NCBI RefSeq assembly: GCF_009914755.1
Contig: NC_060930.1
DNA from: the human T2T-CHM13v2.0 reference genome, Homo sapiens
Direction: 5' to 3' (one strand)
DNA length: 64,000 nt
Below, piece after piece: positions 1 through 11,722 of this stretch (position 1 is the stretch's first letter; every line of letters begins with the position of its first letter). The notes beneath the pieces are model-generated. The model was not told the DNA's origin and did not search any database. It saw only the letters and a list, made by a program, of their open reading frames with translations. The position numbers and the translations under genes were made by a program.

Positions 1-250
1 AAAGATTTCTCTTGATAGAGCAATTTGGAAACACTCTTTTTGTAGAATTTGCAAGGGTACATTGAGAGCGCTTTCAGGCCTATGGTAGAAAAGGGAATAT
101 CTTTCCATAAAAGGTAGACAGAAGCAATCTCAGAAACTACTTTGTGATGTGTGCATTCAACTCACCGAGTGCAACGTTCCTCTTGACCGAGCAGTTTGGA
201 AACATTGTTTCTGTAGAATCTGCAAGTGGATATTTGGACCTCTTTGAGGC

Positions 251-267
251 CTTCGTTGGAAACGGGA
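251..267 (+). other. CENP-B box (intact); recurs at the same offset in each HOR
   Basis: CTTCGTTGGAAACGGGA is an exact match to the 17-bp consensus. Confidence 0.97.
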
Positions 268-590
268 TTTCTTCCTATAAACCCAGACAGAAGAATTCTC
301 AGAGACTTCTTTGTGATGTGTGAATTCAACTCACAGTGTGGATCCTTCCTTTTGATAGAGCAGTTTTGAAACCCTGTTTTTGTAGTATTTCCAAGCGGAT
401 ATTTGGAACGCCTTGAAGCGTATGGTAGAAAAGGAAATATCTTCCCATAAAACCTAGACAGAACCAATCTCAGAAACGACTTTGTGATGTCTGCATTCAA
501 GTCACAGAGTTGAACATTTCTCTTGATAGAGCAGTTTTGAAACCCTCTTTCTGAAGGATCTGCAAGTGGATATTTGGAACTCCTTTGGGT

Positions 591-607
591 CTTCGTTGGA
601 AACGGGA
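591..607 (+). other. CENP-B box (intact)
   Basis: CTTCGTTGGAAACGGGA. Confidence 0.97.
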
Positions 608-756
608 TTTCTTCGTATAAATCTAGACAGAAGAATTCTCCGAAACTTCTTTGGTTGTGTGCATTCAAGTCACAGAGTGGAACCTTCCTTTGGATAGAGC
701 AGTTTGAAACGCCGTGGTTGTAGTATTTCCAAGCGGATATTAGAGCGCCTTGAGGC

Positions 757-773
757 CTATGGTAGAAAAGGAA
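757..773 (+). other. A-box / pJ-alpha-like site of an A-type monomer (representative; 9 per 18-mer)
   Basis: CTATGGTAGAAAAGGAA occupies the monomer position homologous to the CENP-B box. Confidence 0.8.
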
Positions 774-927
774 ATATCTTCCCATAAAACCTAGACGGAA
801 GCAATCTCAGAAACTACTGTGTGATGGCTGCATTCCACACACACGGTGGAACATTTCTCTTGATAGAGCAGTTTTGAAACACTCTTTCTGTAGAATCTGC
901 AAGTGGATAATTGGACCGCCTTGAGGC

Positions 928-944
928 CTTCGTTGGAAACGGGA
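928..944 (+). other. CENP-B box (intact; absent from 15-mers)
   Basis: CTTCGTTGGAAACGGGA. Confidence 0.97.
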
Positions 945-1096
945 TTTCTTCATGTTACTCTAGATAGAAGAATTCTCAAACACTGCTATGTGATGTTTGC
1001 ATTCAAGTCACAGAGTGCAACATTCCTCTTGGTAGAGCAGTTGGGAAACACTCCTTTTGTAGAATCTGCAATGGGATATTTGGACTTCTTTGAGGC

Positions 1097-1113
1097 CTTC
1101 GTTGGAAACGGGA
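1097..1113 (+). other. CENP-B box (intact; in the monomer adjacent to the previous box; absent from 15-mers)
   Basis: CTTCGTTGGAAACGGGA, 169 bp after the box at 928. Confidence 0.97.
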
Positions 1114-1436
1114 TTTCTTCGTATGAATCTAGACAGAAGAATTCTCAGAAACTTCCTTGTGATGTGTGCATTCAACTCAGCGAGTGGCACCTTCCTTTGG
1201 ATACAGCAGTTTTGAAACACTGTTTTTGTAGTATTTCCAAGCGGATATTTAGAGCGCCTTGAAGCCTATGCTAGAAATGGAAATATCTCCCCATAAAACC
1301 AAGACAGAAGCAATCTCAGAAACTAATGTGTGATGGCTGCATTCCACACACACGGTGGACCATTTCTCTTGATAGAGCAGTTTTGAAACACTCTTTCTGT
1401 AGAATCTGCAAGTGGATAATTGGACCTCCTAGAGGC

Positions 1437-1453
1437 CTTCGTTGGAAACGGGA
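1437..1453 (+). other. CENP-B box (intact)
   Basis: CTTCGTTGGAAACGGGA. Confidence 0.97.
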
Positions 1454-1775
1454 TTTCTTCATCTAAACCTACAGAGAAGAATTCTCAGTAACTTCTTCGG
1501 ATGTGTGCATTCGACGCACAGAATGGAACATTCCCTTTGATAGAGCAGTTTTGAGACACCGTTTTTGTAGAATTCCCAAGTGGATATTTAGAGCACTTTG
1601 AAGTCTCTGCTAGAAAAGGAAACATCTTCATGTAAAAAGTAGATAGAATCGTTCTCAGAAAGTGCTTAGTGACGTGTGCGTTCAACTCACAGAGTTTAAC
1701 GTTTCTTTTGATAGAGCGTTTCTGAAACACCCTTCTTGTAGTAGCTGCAAGTGGATATTTGGACCTATTGGAGGC

Positions 1776-1792
1776 CTTCTTTGGAAACGGGA
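1776..1792 (+). other. Degenerate CENP-B box (TTCG changed to TTCT)
   Basis: CTTCTTTGGAAACGGGA breaks the essential NTTCGNNNNANNCGGGN pattern. Some copies also carry CGGG changed to TGGG. Confidence 0.9.
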
Positions 1793-2285
1793 TTTCTTCA
1801 TGTAACTCTAGATTGAAGAATTCTCAGAAACTCCTTTGTGATGTGTGCATTCAATTCAAAGAGTGAAACCTCCCTTTTCACAGAGCAGTTTTGAAACACT
1901 GTTTTTGTAGGATTTCCAAGGGGATATTTATAGCGCATTGAGCCTACGGCGGAAAAAGAAACATCTTCCTATAAAAACTAGACAGAATACTTCTCAGAAT
2001 CTGCTTTGCGATGTGTGCGTTCAACTCACAGAGTAAAACTTTTCTTTTGATAGAGCAGTTTTGAAACACTCTTTTTGTAGTATTTGCATGTGTATATTTA
2101 GAGCGCATTGAAGCCCACAGTAGAAAAGGAAATAACTTCACCTAAAACCTAGACAGAAGCAATCTCAGAAACTACTTTGTGATGTGTACATTCAACTCAC
2201 AGAGTGGAACTTTCCTCTTTATAGAGCAGTGTTGAAACACTCTTTTTGTAGAAACTGCAAGTGGATATTTGGACCTCTTTGAGGC

Positions 2286-2302
2286 CTTCGTTGGAAACGG
2301 GA
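2286..2302 (+). other. CENP-B box (intact)
   Basis: CTTCGTTGGAAACGGGA. Confidence 0.97.
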
Positions 2303-2625
2303 TTTCTTCCTATAACCCTAGACAGAAGAATTTTCAGAAACCTCATTGTGATGTGTGCGTTCATCTCACAGAGTGGAGTCTTCCGTTTGATAGAGAAGTT
2401 TTGAAACCCTGTTCTTGTAGGATTTCCAAGTGGATATTTAGACCACTTTGAAGCCTATGATAGAAAAGGAAACATCTTCATGGAAAACATAGATAGAATC
2501 ATCCTCAGAAACAACTTTGTGATGTGTGCGTTGAACTCACCGTCTTTAACCTTTCTTTTGGTAGAGAAGTTTTGAAACACTCTCTTTGTAAAGTCTACAA
2601 GTGGATATTTTGAGCCCTTGGAGGC

Positions 2626-2642
2626 ATTCTTTGGAAAAGGGA
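2626..2642 (+). other. Degenerate CENP-B box (both CpGs lost)
   Basis: ATTCTTTGGAAAAGGGA. Confidence 0.88.
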
Positions 2643-2967
2643 ATGTCTTCACATAAAAGGCAGACGGAAGTGTTCTCAGAAACTGCTTTGTGATGTCTGT
2701 GTTCAACTCACAGAGTTTAACATTTCCTTTGATAGAGCGGTTTAGTAACCCTCTCTTTGTAGAATTTGGAAGTGTATACTAAGAGCGCTTTGAGGCCTAT
2801 GGTAGAAAAGGAAATATCTTTCCATAAAAGCTAGACAGAAGCAATCTCAGAAACTCCTCTGTGATGTCTGCATTCAACTCACCGAGTGGAACATTCCTCT
2901 TGAGAGAGCAGTTTGGAAACACTCTTTCTGTAGAATCAGCTTGTTTGTATTTGGACCTCCTTGAGGC

Positions 2968-2984
2968 CTTCGTTGGAAACGGGT
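2968..2984 (+). other. CENP-B box (core intact, final base T)
   Basis: CTTCGTTGGAAACGGGT retains all nine essential positions. Confidence 0.9.
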
Positions 2985-3057
2985 TTTCATCTTATAAACC
3001 CAGACAGAAGAATTCTCAGAGTCTTCTTTGTGATGTGTGCTTTCAACTCACCGAGAT

Positions 3058-5608
3058 AAAGATTTCTCTTGATAGAGCAATTTGGAAACACTCTTTTTGT
3101 AGAATTTGCAAGGGTACATTGAGAGCGCTTTCAGGCCTATGGTAGAAAAGGGAATATCTTTCCATAAAAGGTAGACAGAAGCAATCTCAGAAACTACTTT
3201 GTGATGTGTGCATTCAACTCACCGAGTGCAACGTTCCTCTTGACCGAGCAGTTTGGAAACATTGTTTCTGTAGAATCTGCAAGTGGATATTTGGACCTCT
3301 TTGAGGCCTTCGTTGGAAACGGGATTTCTTCCTATAAACCCAGACAGAAGAATTCTCAGAGACTTCTTTGTGATGTGTGAATTCAACTCACAGTGTGGAT
3401 CCTTCCTTTTGATAGAGCAGTTTTGAAACCCTGTTTTTGTAGTATTTCCAAGCGGATATTTGGAACGCCTTGAAGCGTATGGTAGAAAAGGAAATATCTT
3501 CCCATAAAACCTAGACAGAACCAATCTCAGAAACGACTTTGTGATGTCTGCATTCAAGTCACAGAGTTGAACATTTCTCTTGATAGAGCAGTTTTGAAAC
3601 CCTCTTTCTGAAGGATCTGCAAGTGGATATTTGGAACTCCTTTGGGTCTTCGTTGGAAACGGGATTTCTTCGTATAAATCTAGACAGAAGAATTCTCAGA
3701 AACTTCCTTGTGATGTGTGCATTCAACTCAGCGAGTGGCACCTTCCTTTGGATACAGCAGTTTTGAAACACTGTTTTTGTAGTATTTCCAAGCGGATATT
3801 TAGAGCGCCTTGAAGCCTATGCTAGAAATGGAAATATCTCCCCATAAAACCAAGACGGAAGCAATCTCAGAAACTAATGTGTGATGGCTGCATTCCACAC
3901 ACACGGTGGACCATTTCTCTTGATAGAGCAGTTTTGAAACACTCTTTCTGTAGAATCTGCAAGTGGATAATTGGACCTCCGAGAGGCCTTCGTTGGAAAC
4001 GGGATTTCTTCATCTAAACCTACAGAGAAGTATTCTCAGTAACTTCTTCGGATGTGTGCATTCGACGCACAGAATGGAACATTCCCTTTGATAGAGCAGT
4101 TTTGAGACACCGTTTTTGTAGAATTCCCAAGTGGATATTTAGAGCACTTTGAAGTCTCTGCTAGAAAAGGAAACATCATCATGTAAAAAGTAGATAGAAT
4201 CGTTCTCAGAAAGTGCTTAGTGTCGTGTGCGTTCAACTGACAGAGTTTAACGTTTCTTTTGATAGAGCGTTTCTGAAACACCCTTCTTGTAGTAGCTGCA
4301 AGTGGATATTTGGACCTATTGGAGGCCTTCTTTGGAAATGGGATTTCTTCATGTAACTCTAGATTGAAGAATTCTCAGAAACTCCTTTGTGATGTGTGCA
4401 TTCAATTCAAAGAGTGAAACCTCTCTTTTCACAGAGCAGTTTTGAAACACTGTTTTTGTAGGATTTCCAAGGGGATATTTATAGCGCATTGAGCCTACGG
4501 CGGAAAAAGAAACATCTTCCTATAAAAACTAGACAGAATACTTCTCAGAATCTGCTTTGCGATGTGTGCGTTCAACTCACAGAGTAAAACTTTTCTTTTG
4601 ATAGAGCAGTTTTGAAACACTCTTTTTGTAGTATTTGCATGTGTATATTTAGAGCGCATTGAAGCCCACAGTAGAAAAGGAAATAACTTCACCTAAAACC
4701 TAGACAGAAGCAATCTCAGAAACTACTTTGTGATGTGTACATTCAACTCACAGAGTGGAACTTTCCTCTTTATAGAGCAGTGTTGAAACACTCTTTTTGT
4801 AGAAACTGCAAGTGGATATTTGGACCTCTTTGAGGCCTTCGTTGGAAACGGGATTTCTTCCTATAACCCTAGACAGAAGAATTTTCAGAAACCTCATTGT
4901 GATGTGTGCGTTCATCTCACAGAGTGGAGTCTTCCGTTTGATAGAGAAGTTTTGAAACCCTGTTCTTGTAGGATTTCCAAGTGGATATTTAGACCACTTT
5001 GAAGCCTATGATAGAAAAGGAAACATCTTCATGGAAAACATAGATAGAATCATCCTCAGAAACAACTTTGTGATGTGTGCGTTGAACTCACCGTCTTTAA
5101 CCTTTCTTTTGGTAGAGAAGTTTTGAAACACTCTCTTTGTAAAGTCTACAAGTGGATATTTTGAGCCCTTGGAGGCATTCTTTGGAAAAGGGAATGTCTT
5201 CACATAAAAGGCAGACGGAAGTGTTCTCAGAAACTGCTTTGTGATGTCTGTGTTCAACTCACAGAGTTTAACATTTCCTTTGATAGAGCGGTTTAGTAAC
5301 CCTCTCTTTGTAGAATTTGGAAGTGTATACTAAGAGCGCTTTGAGGCCTATGGTAGAAAAGGAAATATCTTTCCATAAAAGCTAGACAGAAGCAATCTCA
5401 GAAACTCCTCTGTGATGTCTGCATTCAACTCACCGAGTGGAACATTCCTCTTGAGAGAGCAGTTTGGAAACACTCTTTCTGTAGAATCAGCTTGTTTGTA
5501 TTTGGACCTCCTTGAGGCCTTCGTTGGAAACGGGTTTTCATCTTATAAACCCAGACAGAAGAATTCTCAGAGTCTTCTTTGTGATGTGTGCTTTCAACTC
5601 ACCGAGAT
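3058..5608 (+). repeat. HOR unit U2, 15-mer structural variant (2551 bp)
   Basis: Anchor spacing 3219 to 5770 = 2551 bp. Lacks the equivalent of U1 641-1146; junction lies within 3677-3697. Confidence 0.97.
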
Positions 5609-8600
5609 AAAGATTTCTCTTGATAGAGCAATTTGGAAACACTCTTTTTGTAGAATTTGCAAGGGTACATTGAGAGCGCTTTCAGGCCTATGGTAGAAAA
5701 GGGAATATCTTTCCATAAAAGGTAGACAGAAGCAATCTCAGAAACTACTTTGTGATGTGTGCATTCAACTCACCGAGTGCAACGTTCCTCTTGACCGAGC
5801 AGTTTGGAAACATTGTTTCTGTAGAATCTGCAAGTGGATATTTGGACCTCTTTGAGGCCTTCGTTGGAAACGGGATTTCTTCCTATAAACCCAGACAGAA
5901 GAATTCTCAGAGACTTCTTTGTGATGTGTGAATTCAACTCACAGTGTGGATCCTTCCTTTTGATAGAGCAGTTTTGAAACCCTGTTTTTGTAGTATTTCC
6001 AAGCGGATATTTGGAACGCCTTGAAGCGTATGGTAGAAAAGGAAATATCTTCCCATAAAACCTAGACAGAACCAATCTCAGAAACGACTTTGTGATGTCT
6101 GCATTCAAGTCACAGAGTTGAACATTTCTCTTGATAGAGCAGTTTTGAAACCCTCTTTCTGAAGGATCTGCAAGTGGATATTTGGAACTCCTTTGGGTCT
6201 TCGTTGGAAACGGGATTTCTTCGTATAAATCTAGACAGAAGAATTCTCCGAAACTTCTTTGGTTGTGTGCATTCAAGTCACAGAGTGGAACCTTCCTTTG
6301 GATAGAGCAGTTTGAAACGCCGTGGTTGTAGTATTTCCAAGCGGATATTAGAGCGCCTTGAGGCCTATGGTAGAAAAGGAAATATCTTCCCATAAAACCT
6401 AGACGGAAGCAATCTCAGAAACTACTGTGTGATGGCTGCATTCCACACACACGGTGGAACATTTCTCTTGATAGAGCAGTTTTGAAACACTCTTTCTGTA
6501 GAATCTGCAAGTGGATAATTGGACCGCCTTGAGGCCTTCGTTGGAAACGGGATTTCTTCATGTTACTCTAGATAGAAGAATTCTCAAACACTGCTATGTG
6601 ATGTTTGCATTCAAGTCACAGAGTGCAACATTCCTCTTGGTAGAGCAGTTGGGAAACACTCCTTTTGTAGAATCTGCAATGGGATATTTGGACTTCTTTG
6701 AGGCCTTCGTTGGAAACGGGATTTCTTCGTATGAATCTAGACAGAAGAATTCTCAGAAACTTCCTTGTGATGTGTGCATTCAACTCAGCGAGTGGCACCT
6801 TCCTTTGGATACAGCAGTTTTGAAACACTGTTTTTGTAGTATTTCCAAGCGGATATTTAGAGCGCCTTGAAGCCTATGCTAGAAATGGAAATATCTCCCC
6901 ATAAAACCAAGACAGAAGCAATCTCAGAAACTAATGTGTGATGGCTGCATTCCACACACACGGTGGACCATTTCTCTTGATAGAGCAGTTTTGAAACACT
7001 CTTTCTGTAGAATCTGCAAGTGGATAATTGGACCTCCTAGAGGCCTTCGTTGGAAACGGGATTTCTTCATCTAAACCTACAGAGAAGAATTCTCAGTAAC
7101 TTCTTCGGATGTGTGCATTCGACGCACAGAATGGAACATTCCCTTTGATAGAGCAGTTTTGAGACACCGTTTTTGTAGAATTCCCAAGTGGATATTTAGA
7201 GCACTTTGAAGTCTCTGCTAGAAAAGGAAACATCTTCATGTAAAAAGTAGATAGAATCGTTCTCAGAAAGTGCTTAGTGACGTGTGCGTTCAACTCACAG
7301 AGTTTAACGTTTCTTTTGATAGAGCGTTTCTGAAACACCCTTCTTGTAGTAGCTGCAAGTGGATATTTGGACCTATTGGAGGCCTTCTTTGGAAATGGGA
7401 TTTCTTCATGTAACTCTAGATTGAAGAGTTCTCAGAAACTCCTTTGTGATGTGTGCATTCAATTCAAAGAGTGAAACCTCCCTTTTCACAGAGCAGTTTT
7501 GAAACACTGTTTTTGTAGGATTTCCAAGGGGATATTTATAGCGCATTGAGCCTACGGCGGAAAAAGAAACATCTTCCTATAAAAACTAGACAGAATACTT
7601 CTCAGAATCTGCTTTGCGATGTGTGCGTTCAACTCACAGAGTAAAACTTTTCTTTTGATAGAGCAGTTTTGAAACACTCTTTTTGTAGTATTTGCATGTG
7701 TATATTTAGAGCGCATTGAAGCCCACAGTAGAAAAGGAAATAACTTCACCTAAAACCTAGACAGAAGCAATCTCAGAAACCACTTTGTGATGTGTACATT
7801 CAACTCACAGAGTGGAACTTTCCTCTTTATAGAGCAGTGTTGAAACACTCTTTTTGTAGAAACTGCAAGTGGATATTTGGACCTCTTTGAGGCCTTCGTT
7901 GGAAACGGGATTTCTTCCTATAACCCTAGACAGAAGAATTTTCAGAAACCTCATTGTGATGTGTGCGTTCATCTCACAGAGTGGAGTCTTCCGTTTGATA
8001 GAGAAGTTTTGAAACCCTGTTCTTGTAGGATTTCCAAGTGGATATTTAGACCACTTTGAAGCCTATGATAGAAAAGGAAACATCTTCATGGAAAACATAG
8101 ATAGAATCATCCTCAGAAACAACTTTGTGATGTGTGCGTTGAACTCACCGTCTTTAACCTTTCTTTTGGTAGAGAAGTTTTGAAACACTCTCTTTGTAAA
8201 GTCTACAAGTGGATATTTTGAGCCCTTGGAGGCATTCTTTGGAAAAGGGAATGTCTTCACATAAAAGGCAGACGGAAGTGTTCTCAGAAACTGCTTTGTG
8301 ATGTCTGTGTTCAACTCACAGAGTTTAACATTTCCTTTGATAGAGCGGTTTAGTAACCCTCTCTTTGTAGAATTTGGAAGTGTATACTAAGAGCGCTTTG
8401 AGGCCTATGGTAGAAAAGGAAATATCTTTCCATAAAAGCTAGACAGAAGCAATCTCAGAAACTCCTCTGTGATGTCTGCATTCAACTCACCGAGTGGAAC
8501 ATTCCTCTTGAGAGAGCAGTTTGGAAACACTCTTTCTGTAGAATCAGCTTGTTTGTATTTGGACCTCCTTGAGGCCTTCGTTGGAAACGGGTTTTCATCT

Positions 8601-11600
8601 TATAAACCCAGACAGAAGAATTCTCAGAGTCTTCTTTGTGATGTGTGCTTTCAACTCACCGAGATAAAGATTTCTCTTGATAGAGCAATTTGGAAACACT
8701 CTTTTTGTAGAATTTGCAAGGGTACATTGAGAGCGCTTTGAGGCCTATGGTAGAAAAGGGAATATCTTTCCATAAAAGGTAGACAGAAGCAATCTCAGAA
8801 ACTACTTTGTGATGTGTGCATTCAACTCACCGAGTGCAACGTTCCTCTTGACCGAGCAGTTTGGAAACATTGTTTCTGTAGAATCTGCAAGTGGATATTT
8901 GGACCTCTTTGAGGCCTTCGTTGGAAACGGGATTTCTTCCTATAAACCCAGACAGAAGAATTCTCAGAGACTTCTTTGTGATGTGTGAATTCAACTCACA
9001 GTGTGGATCCTTCCTTTTGATAGAGCAGTTTTGAAACCCTGTTTTTGTAGTATTTCCAAGCGGATATTTGGAACGCCTTGAAGCGTATGGTAGAAAAGGA
9101 AATATCTTCCCATAAAACCTAGACAGAACCAATCTCAGAAACGACTTTGTGATGTCTGCATTCAAGTCACAGAGTTGAACATTTCTCTTGATAGAGCAGT
9201 TTTGAAACCCTCTTTCTGAAGGATCTGCAAGTGGATATTTGGAACTCCTTTGGGTCTTCGTTGGAAACGGGATTTCTTCGTATAAATCTAGACAGAAGAA
9301 TTCTCCGAAACTTCTTTGGTTGTGTGCATTCAAGTCACAGAGTGGAACCTTCCTTTGGATAGAGCAGTTTGAAACGCCGTGGTTGTAGTATTTCCAAGCG
9401 GATATTAGAGCGCCTTGAGGCCTATGGTAGAAAAGGAAATATCTTCCCATAAAACCTAGACGGAAGCAATCTCAGAAACTACTGTGTGATGGCTGCATTC
9501 CACACACACGGTGGAACATTTCTCTTGATAGAGCAGTTTTGAAACACTCTTTCTGTAGAATCTGCAAGTGGATAATTGGACCGCCTTGAGGCCTTCGTTG
9601 GAAACGGGATTTCTTCATGTTACTCTAGATAGAAGAATTCTCAAACACTGCTATGTGATGTTTGCATTCAAGTCACAGAGTGCAACATTCCTCTTGGTAG
9701 AGCAGTTGGGAAACACTCCTTTTGTAGAATCTGCAATGGGATATTTGGACTTCTTTGAGGCCTTCGTTGGAAACGGGATTTCTTCGTATGAATCTAGACA
9801 GAAGAATTCTCAGAAACTTCCTTGTGATGTGTGCATTCAACTCAGCGAGTGGCACCTTCCTTTGGATACAGCAGTTTTGAAACACTGTTTTTGTAGTATT
9901 TCCAAGCGGATATTTAGAGCGCCTTGAAGCCTATGCTAGAAATGGAAATATCTCCCCATAAAACCAAGACAGAAGCAATCTCAGAAACTAATGTGTGATG
10001 GCTGCATTCCACACACACGGTGGACCATTTCTCTTGATAGAGCAGTTTTGAAACACTCTTTCTGTAGAATCTGCAAGTGGATAATTGGACCTCCTAGAGG
10101 CCTTCGTTGGAAACGGGATTTCTTCATCTAAACCTACAGAGAAGAATTCTCAGTAACTTCTTCGGATGTGTGCATTCGACGCACAGAATGGAACATTCCC
10201 TTTGATAGAGCAGTTTTGAGACACCGTTTTTGTAGAATTCCCAAGTGGATATTTAGAGCACTTTGAAGTCTCTGCTAGAAAAGGAAACATCTTCATGTAA
10301 AAAGTAGATAGAATCGTTCTCAGAAAGTGCTTAGTGACGTGTGCGTTCAACTCACAGAGTTTAACGTTTCTTTTGATAGAGCGTTTCTGAAACACCCTTC
10401 TTGTAGTAGCTGCAAGTGGATATTTGGACCTATTGGAGGCCTTCTTTGGAAATGGGATTTCTTCATGTAACTCTAGATTGAAGAGTTCTCAGAAACTCCT
10501 TTGTGATGTGTGCATTCAATTCAAAGAGTGAAACCTCCCTTTTCACAGAGCAGTTTTGAAACACTGTTTTTGTAGGATTTCCAAGGGGATATTTATAGCG
10601 CATTGAGCCTACGGCGGAAAAAGAAACATCTTCCTATAAAAACTAGACAGAATACTTCTCAGAATCTGCTTTGCGATGTGTGCGTTCAACTCACAGAGTA
10701 AAACTTTTCTTTTGATAGAGCAGTTTTGAAACACTCTTTTTGTAGTATTTGCATGTGTATATTTAGAGCGCATTGAAGCCCACAGTAGAAAAGGAAATAA
10801 CTTCACCTAAAACCTAGACAGAAGCAATCTCAGAAACTACTTTGTGATGTGTACATTCAACTCACAGAGTGGAACTTTCCTCTTTATAGAGCAGTGTTGA
10901 AACACTCTTTTTGTAGAAACTGCAAGTGGATATTTGGACCTCTTTGAGGCCTTCGTTGGAAACGGGATTTCTTCCTATAACCCTAGACAGAAGAATTTTC
11001 AGAAACCTCATTGTGATGTGTGCGTTCATCTCACAGAGTGGAGTCTTCCGTTTGATAGAGAAGTTTTGAAACCCTGTTCTTGTAGGATTTCCAAGTGGAT
11101 ATTTAGACCACTTTGAAGCCTATGATAGAAAAGGAAACATCTTCATGGAAAACATAGATAGAATCATCCTCAGAAACAACTTTGTGATGTGTGCGTTGAA
11201 CTCACCGTCTTTAACCTTTCTTTTGGTAGAGAAGTTTTGAAACACTCTCTTTGTAAAGTCTACAAGTGGATATTTTGAGCCCTTGGAGGCATTCTTTGGA
11301 AAAGGGAATGTCTTCACATAAAAGGCAGACGGAAGTGTTCTCAGAAACTGCTTTGTGATGTCTGTGTTCAACTCACAGAGTTTAACATTTCCTTTGATAG
11401 AGCGGTTTAGTAACCCTCTCTTTGTAGAATTTGGAAGTGTATACTAAGAGCGCTTTGAGGCCTATGGTAGAAAAGGAAATATCTTTCCATAAAAGCTAGA
11501 CAGAAGCAATCTCAGAAACTCCTCTGTGATGTCTGCATTCAACTCACCGAGTGGAACATTCCTCTTGAGAGAGCAGTTTGGAAACACTCTTTCTGTAGAA

Positions 11601-11722
11601 TCAGCTTGTTTGTATTTGGACCTCCTTGAGGCCTTCGTTGGAAACGGGTTTTCATCTTATAAACCCAGACAGAAGAATTCTCAGAGTCTTCTTTGTGATG
11701 TGTGCTTTCAACTCACCGAGAT
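5609..11722 (+). repeat. HOR units U3-U4, two canonical 18-mers
   Basis: Anchor spacings 5770 to 8827 to 11884 are 3057 bp each. Confidence 0.97.

Larger units (their letters stand above)
1..3057 (+). repeat. HOR unit U1, canonical 18-mer (phase arbitrary, set by the window start)
   Basis: AAAGATTTCTCTTGATAGAGCAATTTGG at 1 recurs at 3058. 18 A/B box positions counted: A80 B251 A420 B591 A757 B928 B1097 A1266 B1437 A1605 b1776 A1944 A2115 B2286 A2455 b2626 A2797 B2968 (b = degenerate). Confidence 0.97.

Noticed and set aside
162-785. 207-aa minus-strand ORF, and all other ORFs repeating every 3057 bp
   Set aside because: These are translations of alpha-satellite monomers. They are internally repetitive at monomer scale, overlap on both strands, show no recognisable domain, often use non-ATG starts, and are freely broken by SNVs (51082, 53921, 8740).
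818-848. GTGTG...CACACACAC short CA run and possible small hairpin
   Set aside because: Only about four CA units and a 5-6 bp stem, invariant in length across copies. It is a monomer-specific variant, not a microsatellite, terminator or RNA gene.
251-3000. Regularly spaced conserved 17-30 bp motif resembling CRISPR direct repeats
   Set aside because: The motif is the CENP-B box. The intervening sequence is homologous satellite rather than unique spacers, and there are no cas genes.
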